Assembly: GCA_900088475.1 (NCBI GenBank)
Contig: FLMG01002416.1
Coordinates: 1-64,000, forward strand
DNA from: Hyphochytrium catenoides
Taxonomy: Eukaryota > Protista > Hyphochytriomycota
DNA length: 64,000 nt
Direction of reading: 5' to 3'
Under the pieces are notes generated by a model. It made no database searches. It had not been told where the DNA came from and saw only the letters and a list, made by a program, of their open reading frames with translations. Within the stretch, counting starts at the first letter, position 1; each line of letters opens with the position of its first letter. Shown here one piece after another: positions 16,561 through 28,409 of this stretch. Both the position numbers and the translations under genes were made by a program.

Positions 16561-17835
16561 ATGAATAACTGCTATACGCCATGGAGGGAAGAAGAGGTGC
16601 CAGAGAGCACAGGCGGAAAGAAGCGTGGTCGCCAAGAACGGAAAGCAAATGAGTTTAGACCAATGTGTAAGTAACGTTGCCCTGCCTGACGAAGAATAAG
16701 CTTGTTTGACTTATGTACTTTCTCGTCCTTTTTTCAGATATCCGTCAAGGGGTGGTCAGCCAAGCCTCAGGATCTGCATATGTCGAAGTGGGCAAGACTA
16801 AAATTATCTGCTCGGTGTAAGAACAACTCTTCTCCTAACCTCCGTTACTCTTTCTGAAGCTGTAACTCTAATCGTTCTACCTGGTCACAGTTACGGACCT
16901 AGATCTGGTTCCAAGAGACGTATGGACTTTAGCGAGGAGGGCGAGGTCGTTTGTGACTTTAAATATGCCCCGTTCGCTTGCCGAAGCGGTAGACGTGAGA
17001 AGGGGCAGGTGAGCTCTGGCATCATACTCCAAATCTTGAGTTTAAGCTTAGTCTCTGACAAGATGCTATGTTTAGGGCCAGGATGAGAAAGAGCTATCTT
17101 TACTTATTGAGCAGACGATTTCTCCTGCTGTCATCCTGAAAAAACTCCCCAAGTCGATTGTAGATGTGTTCATCGTGGTCCTTGAGGCCGACGGAGGTCA
17201 TAGGAGTCTCTCGCTCGTGCACTAAAGCCGCGCCTAATGCGTCTTCTTCTTCTGTCCATTCAGGCGAGTTGTCCGCAGCTATAAGTGCTGCGTCGCTAGC
17301 GATAGCAGATGCAGGGATAGAGATGTATGATATGGTCTCCAGTTGTTCTGCGGTAAGTTTTTCAGTTCAGAGTTTGTTTTCATCGATATATTCTAAAGCT
17401 TGCTCACCAGTGCTTGGTGGACGGTCAAGTTGCACTAGATCCAGACGCAGACGAGGAGCAGGCTGCAGATGCAGCTGCGCTCCTGGCTGTTATGCCATCA
17501 CTTGAGCAGATCTCCCAGGTTCTGCACACGGGTGCGGCGCCACCTGCCAAGGCAACAGATGTACGTATGTACTTCCTGGTGATCGCACAGCTGGTCAAAT
17601 CATCTCTCGTTTGCTTCATTCTCTCTTTCCTGCCTCTTTAGCTCGCCCATTTGATCTGGGTCGCTTGCAGAACCCTTGCCCTGATCTATTACCCTAGTCA
17701 CTAACGGTACCACTTATCCGTTCCCTGTCCGTTTAGCTGATGGAGCTCTGCCATGATGGTTGTGACAAAATGATGGCAGTCATGACGAACTCAATGAGAC
17801 AAAAAGCGGAACACTCAAAACCGGCGCCGTCGTAG
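16561..17835 (+). CDS. EXOSC6: Exosome RNase PH-family subunit, Mtr3/Rrp41-like, 6 exons
   Basis: RKANEFRPM..GVVSQASGSAYVEVGKTKIICSV|YGPR..CDFKYAPFA..LPKSIVDVFIVVLEADG..AASLAIADAGIEMYD..LDPDADEE. The Mtr3 versus Rrp41 assignment is inferred from the CDFKYAPF motif. Confidence 0.8.
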
Positions 17836-18852
17836 CAAAGTGCTAATAATAGAAAAACAATATATATGATGAGTGGATGCTGACTCTGCCTGGAATGGGT
17901 GTTCGCCCGCGTTTGAGATACGAAAGTCATAGTGGCTGGAGAGATCAGATTGCGCCTTTGTTCTACTTGACAAATCAATTTTAACGTTGTCTCTCTTGTT
18001 GCTATTTCCAAACCGACACTGTCGAGCTAAGGCCTTCCACGAGTTTCCGTCACCGTTGGAGCTACCCTGGGCGCCGATGGAGGTCGGAGGTGTCGAACGT
18101 ATAACCGACGCTTCTACCGACTGAAGAGCTCAGTGCAGACGTATCGTTTGGCACTGTGAGGCATGCATCCATGCAGCTCTCCCTAGAATATCCTCCACAC
18201 TGCTTACTCGCCTGATGTCACAAGGGTCCGGGCCGTGTGACATCTTCCTGCTGCTATCATACAGCCTGGTCGTCTCAAAACGTCGTTGTTTTCAGCGTTG
18301 CGCTTTAGCGATTCTTGCAGTATGGGACCAACCGCACTGGCTCGTTGAAGAAAGCTTGGCGGGTAAGTTTCGCTCATTTATTTATTTCGGAACTCTGGAG
18401 ACCAAAAATGACCGAAGATGACACAGATTATAGTGAAAGAGGGTTTCTGTCTGTCCGAGAATATCCTTCAGCCCTTTACGCGAAATCCATCAAAGAAAGT
18501 GTGAGACGAGGCTAACGAAATGTAGGACACAGTCCTTGCGTTAGCTCACGATATTAGTGCTTGTCGGTCATTCTCTAGCATCGTCCTCCCTGTCTCACTC
18601 TCCCGCACTGTTGCAGCATCACAATAGCAAATTCTTATCGATGGAAAGCGGCGTGCTCTGTCCGGCGTCAGAGCTCCATAATCTCTCTTGAAGACCTTTC
18701 TACCTCCTGAGCGGCAGACGAAGACATCCCGAACATCGAGCTAAACTCTCTAGGACAAACCTATCAAACCCCAGAATCTCTCCTTTCCATTGCTTGATAA
18801 ACGACCGAGGAGCGTGGCCGATTGTGACAAGAGGCTTATTTGATCTACGACC

Positions 18853-19731
18853 ATGGATGCCAGAGCAGCAGCGGAGCAGCAGAAAATGCTAGAGGCTAGA
18901 GGCCATGGTAGGAGGACACCTTGTCGCTGCAATTTCTCTCGGCTGTTTCTGCTCAAAAGTAGTTTGGGATCAAGGCACCCCAATCCCAGAGACCTGGTCT
19001 CGACGCTCTGTCTTTTCTCTGAATTATGCTCTGTCTTGCACTCACTGCTGTCTAACTTTTGGAACGCTAATGTTGTTGGTGAACTCTATCTTGTGTGCGC
19101 CCTTGTGACTTCAATCACAGCCAATCATCCAGTTGCAGCTGAGGCTGTGGATTTTCACGTTGTGGAGGCAGAGAAGGTTGAGGGTGCTCCGGCGAATGTT
19201 CCTACAGTTGAGGTCACGGCAACCGCAGCGGCCGTGCCTGTGATCTTACAGGCTGAACCAGTCCCAGCGCATCAGCAACTTCCCATCATTGGTAGGTCCT
19301 ACCACTTCGATGAAGATTCTGACTTTGTGCTCAATCAAGGCAAAATTCCTCACTCCTGAACCTTGGAAAATGACTGTCTTAGTTCTGCACCTCTGAGACT
19401 TGCTGTTGCCCTAGAAGTCCCTCATCACTTTGCTCAAACTCTACGGCGCCTTCCGCCACTCTCACTCTCTCCATAGTTCATTAAATATATGTATCTCTAA
19501 GTTTCTCCTGTCCGTCTGTCGCGCTTTCCCTATCCCTTCTCTTGCCTCTCGATCTTCTTCATCCCTCTTTTTAACTTGGTTACCCTCTCTCTTCCTTCCG
19601 TTGCAGCGCGTTGCCGAGATTGTCAGACCGAGTACCACCGGGATCCGAATGCTAAGGAGGCAAGCTGGGAGTACTATCGCTGCCAACGATGCCTGAAGGG
19701 TGGTCCTCTTAGAAACTGCAGAATCTTCTAA
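18853..19731 (+). CDS. Small (116 aa) protein with C-terminal CxxC..CxxC zinc ribbon and CaaX box, 3 exons
   Basis: Exons 18853-18907, 19121-19291 and 19607-19731 (351 nt; phase-1 GT-AG introns) encode MDARAAAEQQKMLEARGHANHPVAAEAV..LPIIARCRDCQTEYHRDPNAKEASWEYYRCQRCLKGGPLRNCRIF*. Confidence 0.75.
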
Positions 19732-19981
19732 AGCAACTTTCTTCGTCGTCATACATCCTTCTCATTCTGCTCCCTGTCGCACCCTTTTGTCCATCCTCAA
19801 AGTCTCTCTCATACGCTCACTAAACTTCTCTGTCCACAAGGTGTAGAGACCTAGACACCATTTATAATGTATAGCTCAGTGATCACATCCTTACGATCCA
19901 ATTACGGATATTGAATGACGCTGATGGAGAAGATATATATAAAGGTTAGACCGTCTTCCGATCTTGTATAGCAGAGACAGC

Positions 19982-22900
19982 CTAGAAATGAAGCCAGTCG
20001 TTGTCCATGGTCTCTATGCCGTCTAGAGCATCAATGAGGTCCTGGTCAATGATGTTCTGGTTGCGCATTTCTTCGCTGAAAAGTTCTCCCAGCAGCTGAG
20101 AGAGTCCTGGAGAGCCTGGTGGCAGGATGTCGAACTCTCCTGCTGCCGGAGGAGGTGTGAGAGAAGGGGGCATCGGAACCGGACTCATCTCCCCGATGGT
20201 CATGGGAGGTGTCATGACGCTTGGGGGTGTGACTGGAGAAATGGGTGGCACGGCTGCAAGAGGCAGAGTAGTAGTGTTAGAAGGCAAGAGTTCCGATGGG
20301 CTGCCGCTTCCAATATCAAGGCTATCACTAGTTAGACGGAAAATATGGCCAAAAACAGGTGTTGGGCTAGGAAAGAGGTGCGAAGCCAAGACGACAGAGA
20401 ATGTGGCAAAGATAGACGGTCAGGCACTTACGAGTTGTGGCAGAGGGATACTTGGGTATGACATAGAAGATAGTCAGCAGGTCCGCTGACTCTGTCGTCT
20501 CGACACAGATCCAAGTTTGGGCGTCAAAAGGCATTCCACTAACATCCACCCATCGCACATGCTCGAAGGTGCCGATAGTGGGACCAGTTTTAGCATCGAA
20601 CTGGGCCAAGTACTTCATCAGCATCGTGGTGAACATATCCTTGTAGTCCAACGGATAGATTAACCTACAGCGACAACGGAAAGCAGGGCGGCCGAAGTTA
20701 TAGGGGTGAACAGCTATGTATAGGGTGAACATCTATGAATGGAAGATTAACGGTGGACGAGGTGCTCAGTAAGAGCTTCACGGGAAGCGTCAGAACGGCG
20801 AACACCCACAGCCCCAGTGCTGAACCGACGTAGGGGATCGACCACGTGTGTAAAGGCAGCTTCCTAGGTAAACCCGCATCCGGGTCCTGACCTCCCTTCT
20901 CTGACATGAACATTGAAAGCAACAGTCCTCCGCCCTTCCTCGGGGCTAGATAAACTTAGGACGCCTACCTTGAGAGAAAATCCTTATCCATACATTCTGC
21001 TGATGTTGCGTCTTCCTCATTGACTCCAAATATCGCTTTTGCCACGTCGTTGAGGAAGTATTTTAGCTGTCCGTCATGGAAGACACGCGTGATAGATGCT
21101 CCTGCCATCTGAGGAGCGATTTTGTACATCTCCTGCAAGCATTGATTGACAGACTTCTTTCGCATAGCAGAAAACATTGCTTGGTGCTTGACTATTGACT
21201 TCGTAAAGGTGTCCAAATCTATTAGTGGGTCGAGAAAGAGACATGGCAGAGCGAACAGAAGAGAACAATGAGAAACACCTTCATAATCTTAGAGCCCAGA
21301 AGAAGCACTATCTGTGTCGCCTGCCCACAACATGACTAGAGAGGAGACCATAAGACCAAGAACTGGCACTGAGAGAGGACAGATTATGGCAAAACAGTTT
21401 TGCAAGAGCTTATAGAGGAGACCATAAGCCGAAGAACTGGCGCTTAGAGAGTGCAGATGATGGCAAACAGCTTGCAAGAGTATAGGCAAGAGGGTCCAAT
21501 GCACTGAGCTTTAGCGCTACACTAGCAGATGGTGCAAGTGGTACTGGAAGAGAGCTGACATCACTCTACCTAAACCCTCATCCGTAAGTTCTGAGGCTGC
21601 CTCTGTCCCGAGCAGCTCCTCCAGTGAGATCCCAGCCCGCTTCATAAGCTTCAGACTCATGTCCAGGATGTATTGACTTTTCTTTAAGACTGCCACACGA
21701 AGGTTGTACAAACTAAAGAGAGAAGTCGAGCCACAGAGAAGAGGAATAGCAGTTTAGCCCCACAACAAGCGACATGGGGGCACACGCACGACTCTGGCTC
21801 TTTCTCCATGTCTCGCTCATTGCCTAACAGTTCAACAGTCGTCATCTTTGTCCCTGTAAGAGCCATGAACTTACCAAAACCTCTTCAGCTTGAACCTGGG
21901 AATGCAAGAGTTGTTGGACATGGAATAGATGGCTTCAAAGAGGATCGTGTTGATCTTTTTCGCTTTGGCGGGATCATCAGTAAGTGAGTTAGTCCGTGCG
22001 AGAGCTGCCGCCCTGATGGCTAGAGGGGGCCGACCCCGCCGCCTAGATGAATAGATACAGACTTTTCCAAGGCGGACGCAGCGCGAGCAGGGCTCCTGCC
22101 GGTCACACCTAACTTTAGACAAGCGGCAAGCAGTGCATGAAGCTTGCTGTTTTGCACCCTCGTCTCCCTGCTTATCAGCGGCAGCCGCATCAAGCCCTAC
22201 ATGGGACAATCATGAGATGGCTACCAAGTGTACGGCGTCATAGCCGCCTCCCTTTCACTCCTTCCCGGTCTCACTAGAAGTCTCTCCTCTTAGCCTTTTG
22301 CAGGCACTACTCCAGCTTCTGGGATATGTTCACAATAGGTTGCTCTATTGACCTCCGTCCATTTCTACGCCCTTTGTCAGGAGAGGCACTACGCTCGTTC
22401 TCACCATTCTCCTCCTTCACATGAGAGCCAGTTGCTCTTGCTCCTGCCGGAAAGGACAGTCTTGACTGCACCTGCGCCTGTATATCGTCCACAGAAGGCA
22501 CAGAGGCCTCCTTGCCGGCGACTATGAGCTTATCCATATCCGTGATGAAGCTGGTGTCTGTCAGCACATCTCCTGTCACGCGCATCACCGACTCCACAGT
22601 CTCAAGGCGAAGTCTAAGTACGTTCCGAAGCGCAGAGAAGAGACAACAATAAAAAGAGAGTTAGAGGTAGGGAAAAGTGATAGATCAATAGTAAGCGGAG
22701 GCGGAAGCGCCAATAAAGAGGCAATATGTCAAACTGCATCCCCGCCCCTGGGAGGTCCAAAGAATCAAACAGGAAAAAGTGACTGACGGCAGACGCCGGT
22801 GTGGGCATAGCATATGAAGGGAGCTATGGAGAAGAGATAGAGAAAGCATGAGAAGAGAGACAGTAAGACGGCCAGAGGGTGGCCAGGTGGCCAGCCCAAA

Positions 22901-23157
22901 ATAAAGGGACGGGCTTTGACAGGTTGAAGGCGTTGAGGTCGTCAGAAAGAGAAGCTTTCGACGACAAGGAGAACCAACCTCGTCTTCACTTCTTTGAGAA
23001 AGTCCTGCCATTTGATGTCCTCTCCCACCAGGACAATGTGCGCTTTCTTATCTGAGCCCAGAAGGAAAAGCTGGACGGTTCGAGAGGTCACGCTGCCTGA
23101 CAGCGGGCGCTTGATCATGGACTCGGGCCCTGACATGCTGCTGAGGTCCAACTCCAT
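19982..23157 (-). CDS. Zn(II)2Cys6 binuclear-cluster transcription factor with N-terminal KHA/ubiquitin-like domain, PAS-like domain and acidic tail
   Basis: Exact Zn2Cys6 pattern CTACRLSKVRCDRQEPCSRCVRLGKVC followed by RRRGRPP. Most exons join in phase (EVKTR|LRLETV; RFC|LYNL; FLSR|LIYP); the exon 2/3 junction is unresolved. Acidic-hydrophobic C-terminus IIDQDLIDALDGIETMDNDWLHF. Confidence 0.85.
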
Positions 23158-23404
23158 CCCTGCCCCTATATAATGCTAGAGCTGGGCAGAACACGCCCAG
23201 CAGAGAAAGGATGGAAACCAGGGAGAAATATAAGGAACAACCAGTGGGTACAGATGCGGCACCAAGGGGGCGAGGAAACGAACAGAGACGGTGAGACCAA
23301 GGACGGTCTAGAGAAGCGCTTTGACCCTGTTATTTCTAATAAGTTAGAAAATTTGCTAGAGGACAAGAAAGAGTTGGTATGCGGGAGGGAGAGAAAGCGA
23401 AAGC

Positions 23405-23408
23405 GAGC

Positions 23409-23449
<41 letters not shown>

Positions 23450-23951
23450 GGGGAGGGAGAGAGGGGGTAGTACAAGGTACCTCGCGCTTCAGCGGCGCTG
23501 GGATGGCCGGCTGTCAGCCTCAGTCTTGGGAGATATCATGCACGGCAGTCGGGCGGTGCTCTCCCTCCCTGCTTGATTAGCGGTTCTAAACCTTCTGGGA
23601 CAGTCTGAGGCGCGCCTGCTCTGGCTTCAAGCTCTGGCCTTCTGGCTCGCTCCAAACATCAGTTCGTTTCTTATAAAGAGAGAGAGAGCAAGTAGAGAGA
23701 TAAAGAGACAGAGAGATAAAGAGAGAATGTGAGAGGGAAGAGAGAGAGAGTGGGAGAGAGAGAGAGAGAGAGGGAGGGGGGAAGAGAGCGAGAGAAGAGA
23801 GCGAGAGAGAGAGAGAGAGCGAGAGAGAGACAGAGAGAAGAGAGAGAAGTGGGGAGGGAGAGAGGGGGTAGAACTAGTAGTGATGCTGTACGTGGAGCCA
23901 GAGGCACTGGGAGCTTCTGAATGTTGGTTGTTGGGATGACACGCCTCTCTC

Positions 23952-23993
<42 letters not shown>

Positions 23994-24220
23994 TCCTCTC
24001 GCGCTCTCCATCTGATGACGAAGTTGTTGATGTTGACTCTCTCTCTCCTCCTTTCTCGATGGGGTCAAGAACTCTCTTCTCTTGCTCTGTCTCTGTCTCT
24101 CTCTCTCTCTCTCTCTCTCCCCTCCGAAAACCCATCTCTCCTTCTCTCTATCTCTGTCTCTCTCTTGGCCCTCTTTCTCTGCTTTCCCTCTTGCTCTACT
24201 CCGCCATTTTGTCTCTCTCT
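23405..24220. repeat. (AG)n and (CT)n microsatellite complex upstream of the transcription factor
   Basis: Purine tracts at about 23405-23470 and 23677-23870, followed by pyrimidine tracts at about 23945-24220. Confidence 0.9.
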
Positions 24221-26658
24221 CTTCCTCACAGGCAATTATGTATGGCAGAGAAGACTCTGTCTGGCACTGAATTGCCCTTCATGTCCTCCCCCTCACCACA
24301 ATCACTTCAGGAGGAGCACTGAGGGGTCTGGCATACAGTTTGTGGGCGACAATCCTTGTGGTGGAGACAGAGTAAAGCAATATGTATACTAAAAAGGAAC
24401 AAGAGAGACGGGGTAGCTAAATATTGGTTGATCGTAATAATATGCCTCGAGCCCCACTCCAAATGACCGTGATTATGGGTAATGGACCTTAGTGATAATA
24501 GAATCAGATGTTTGTAATACTCCTGAAGAGTGGAAAACATGGGACTTTATGATAGACAGAGTGCGAGAGAGAAACGGTTGATTACTAGACAGGCAGTGTT
24601 TTTGGGTAGAAAGAGAAGGAAGAGACAGAGTGAGATAGAGAGAGGGAGGAGAACGAGGAGAGGCAGAGACACAGAACGACGTCCCAAAGCCTCCTCATCT
24701 CACAGAGCAGTGTACAGAGTAGAACGTTTAGGAGGGGACAGTTCAGGGCAGTTCTGTTAAGGGAGTTGGGAAGCCTCTGGCTGCAGGCGTGCTGCCTGCT
24801 GCTCGCTATACTGCCACCTGCTTCTAACGCTCCCGTCTCTAACACTGGTCCAGGACGAAAGCACAGACAGACACTGACCACAGAGGAGCGGAGGATATCA
24901 GCACAGCACAGTGGTCCTTGAGGAAACGTCTGAGTCGGCAACTGCCATCGTCCTGTGTCACGCGAAGCTTCTTCTGTGGTTAGGCATCTTGTTTTCCCTG
25001 GGGAGATTTACTAAGACCAAGAAATGGATTTCTTTCTCCCCCGCCATCATCAGGGGCATCGATGGCTTAGTCAGCGGCACCATCGTGCAGAAGCTTATCT
25101 GGTTGTAGGTTTGGAGGAAATAATGATAAAAGAGCTTCTATGTTGCAGTTGTGTCACGAATTCTTAGAGTAGAAGTAGGGTGCTTGGTAGCTGCATTGAA
25201 AGGGGACGAGGACGTCTCTTCTGCAGAGTAGGCTTCATCTCGTTCAGTATGTCCTTTCCTTGGCGGTTGGAAGGCTTCATCAGGGGATGTTCAGAGGTAG
25301 TTCACGCATTGTAGTCGTGAACTCATGCCCGGACTACTAGAGCGAGAAGCCTCAATGGTGGTCCTCCTACTCGTGCTGCATGCACTTTCTGAGTCAACGT
25401 TGGTCAGACAAACGTCTGCTATGTACTACGTCAGCCGAGAGGAATGAAGATATACCATTCTCACCAACGAGGTCAAGGCGGTAGCATCTTGGGCTACTTC
25501 ATAAATGGCAATAAGCTCTTGTTTGACGGAACCTGCTATGGTTGTGTATGCCGACCAAGAAGAATATTCAGCTTCGATTAGATAGACATCCTTCTGTTTT
25601 GCTCGCTTCCTTGTCTGTTGTCGTTGGTAACATTTTTACAAGACCAACCCCCTCCATCATATCCTCTCGTTAGTTCTCCCGCTATCTGTCTCTGCAAAAA
25701 GCAATCCTAGATGGTTTTGCACTCATCTGCAGCGTCAACAGGTGACGAGGAGTAGGCTCGCACAATAATTCACATGATAACAAGGAAGGCTGCTACCACG
25801 ATAGCCTCATGTCTTCTGCTCCTCCATCCTCGTGACATCGCACACAGCTTACAGAAGTCAATAGTAGTAACAAGAACACCGTATGGAGGATGGTGGCGAA
25901 GGAAGGCCACGATCTAAAGATGGACTTAGTCTGAGAAGACGGACGAGGCTTGATGATGAAGATTCAGGGATCAGGGATTGTTGTCGAAGGCTAATAAGCA
26001 GCAGCACATCGTCTTCGTTTCTCCTCATCATGATAACCATGATACCCATAACCTTTGACTCTCTCCTGATATTTGTCCTCGTTATATAGCAGCTATCCAA
26101 ACAGAGGTACCCAGGAGGGTTTAGGGCTTTATGGGTTTATGTTGTTCAAGGTTATTATTTCCTTGAGGAGATGTCAGCGCTAGCGAAGCTCTGGTCGAAG
26201 CTTCGTACGGAAGAAGCTGCTGCTGCTTCATCATCATCCTCGCCTCAGCCTCTTCGTTCGAGTGCTGGACATCGCCAATCTCTCTTCGGCCATCACGCAG
26301 TGGAAGGCTTCCTTCCAGTGGCTCTCTAATCATCCTTTGACGGTCGCACTATCAAGGGCCTGACCCGTTCGCGGCCAACGATTCGTGCTGATCAACCGCT
26401 CTAACCTTGGGGTTCAAGCCGCGACGGGACTGTCTCCAGCTCTGGATCGCTCTTGGACTACCTCATACTTGCGTAATACCTATCAGATCAGCGCCCTCCT
26501 TTGGAGGGGGAGTAGTGCCAACGTTGACCGACTGACTGAAAAGTCTACCACTTCTTCAAGCAAAAGGTGAAATTGGCAGCTGCAACTACCAAAGCTTAAC
26601 GGAAGCAAGCAGCCGCTAACTTATTTCTCGGTGCAGTCACTGACTTCTGGGGGCGAAC

Positions 26659-27708
26659 ATGGCAGTTGACAAGCTAAAGGTGCTGGTGCCGGTGGCCCTT
26701 GTCGCTGTCAATTTTGCCTTTGCTGGGTGGCACGTCTTGGGCAAACGTGCGCTTAACAATGGGGTCAATCCGCTAGTCTTCGCCTTATACCGCGAGATCT
26801 CGGCGACTGTCCTGATGTTCATGTTTGCGTTTGCGTTTGATGGTATCCAGAAGTTCAGCACTGTACATTTCTGGCGTATTGCTTTACTTGGTATCCTGTG
26901 CGCTGCAAATGTCTTAGGCTTCATCTTGGCTTTGAAGCTTGTCAGCCCTACCAACGCGGCAGTAATGCAGCTGTTGGTACCTGTCCTGGTGCAAATCTTC
27001 TCTATCGCTGCTAAGCATGAAGTATTGTCTCTCCTGAAGCTTGTGGGTATGTCTTTCTCCATATGCGGAGCTGCTGTCATCACCATACTGCCATCGACGC
27101 ATTCGGCTGACAACGACACTGCACCATCTGCCAACGACGGCCTTATAACTCCTCAGCCTCACTCCGTTCTTCTTGGAAATCTTTTGCTTCTTCTCCAGTG
27201 CTTCGCCGTTGCTGTCAGCGTTCATACTCAGAAGGAGCTCCTCTGCACCTATCCTCCTACATCCGTCACGGCGTGGTACTACTCAATCGCGACTGTCATA
27301 TCAATGGCAGTGGTAGGGGCCACTAGGCCCCCGGCGGTGGATTTTCGGATATCGGACGCGGCTGTCTGGGAGGCTTTAGTCTATGCCGTCATCTTCGCTT
27401 CTGCATTTACGTATATCACTACCACGTGGGCCCTGAGCCATGCTCCAGCTTCTCTGGTGGCAACCTTCTCTACTCTACAGCCCCTAGCCACAGCACTCCT
27501 CTCTATGATTGTCCTTGACTATCATCTGACATGGGTGGAAGTCCTTGGCGGATGTTTGTTGACCGCAGGATTGCTAATCACTGTCCATGCCGGGAGGAAC
27601 ACGCAGGCAGTTCCCTCTCCTGCAGAACAAAGAAAGAAGGTGGCTGTAGTGGGTGAAAGAGAAGGAGAAAGCCTGCTGTACCTCGGCCGGGATGACGCTG
27701 AGGCCTAG
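26659..27708 (+). CDS. EamA/DMT (WAT1/MtN21-like) transporter, single exon
   Basis: 349 aa with about 10 hydrophobic helices in two repeats. Motifs GVNPLVFALYRE, SPTNAA, LGNLLLLLQC, QKELLCTYP and ASLVATFSTLQP. Confidence 0.92.
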   Translation: MAVDKLKVLVPVALVAVNFAFAGWHVLGKRALNNGVNPLVFALYREISATVLMFMFAFAFDGIQKFSTVHFWRIALLGILCAANVLGFILALKLVSPTNAAVMQLLVPVLVQIFSIAAKHEVLSLLKLVGMSFSICGAAVITILPSTHSADNDTAPSANDGLITPQPHSVLLGNLLLLLQCFAVAVSVHTQKELLCTYPPTSVTAWYYSIATVISMAVVGATRPPAVDFRISDAAVWEALVYAVIFASAFTYITTTWALSHAPASLVATFSTLQPLATALLSMIVLDYHLTWVEVLGGCLLTAGLLITVHAGRNTQAVPSPAEQRKKVAVVGEREGESLLYLGRDDAEA

Positions 27709-27989
27709 AAGATGTAAAGTAGCAGCCGAATGGGACCTTTACGGTTCTGCATTAGTTAGAATGCCCTTCCCTAGACTTTGTAATCTCGTCACAGCCATAA
27801 ATCAACGTCTTGACGTTATCCACAGATCGGACTAACAACTGCAACTGTCGCGACAGTTGTGCCTGGCAGTCGCCACATGTCACCTATACTTTTGAACCTA
27901 GAGGTCAAGCATGTGTCTCCTTTGAACCTCTTGAGCGCCATTGCGATGGGCTTCTTTGCTTCAGTTATTACTATTGTTGTGCCAATGTT

Positions 27990-28409
27990 CTAGGCAGACA
28001 GCTTGTAGTTCTCTCCATAGCAGTCACGCAGAGCCATCATGAGCTTATAGCAGGGCTTGAGCTCCACCTGATTGTCCCATAAGCATTTTCTTGCTGCCTT
28101 GAACTGGTCCCAGCACTTTTCCTGCGATTGCCTGAATCTGTGGTTGAAGGACAGTGAGCAAGAACCCCAAGAAGGTTGTATTCCATCCTCGCACTAAACG
28201 TTCAAGTCTCTCCTAGGGTTGACTTACACTTTATGTGTGCACGCAGTAACGAGAAGTGACTCGTGCTGATGCAATCTGGGATCGACTAACTTCTCCCGTG
28301 CTTCCTGGAAAGCTTTTCTATCTTTCTCGCAATCCTCATACATGATTGGCGAGACTGCTACGAGTTCATGGTAGAGAAAAGGAGCTTCCGCTTTCTGATT
28401 ATGATCCAT
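27990..28409 (-). CDS. NDUFA8: Mitochondrial complex I subunit NDUFA8-like (CX9C protein), 109 aa, 2 exons
   Basis: Exons 28409-28228 and 28137-27990 give ..ELVAVSPIMYEDCEKDRKAFQEAREKLVDPRLHQHESLLVTACTHKVFRQSQEKCWDQFKAARKCLWDNQVELKPCYKLMMALRDCYGENYKLSA*. The DPR motif and Cys spacing match NDUFA8. Confidence 0.75.

Noticed and set aside
23671-24392. ER/RE-rich and SL-rich ORFs
   Set aside because: These are translations of (AG)n/(CT)n microsatellites.
24900-26350. Possible retroelement remnant
   Set aside because: No RT, integrase or RNase H motifs, LTRs or terminal repeats could be identified.
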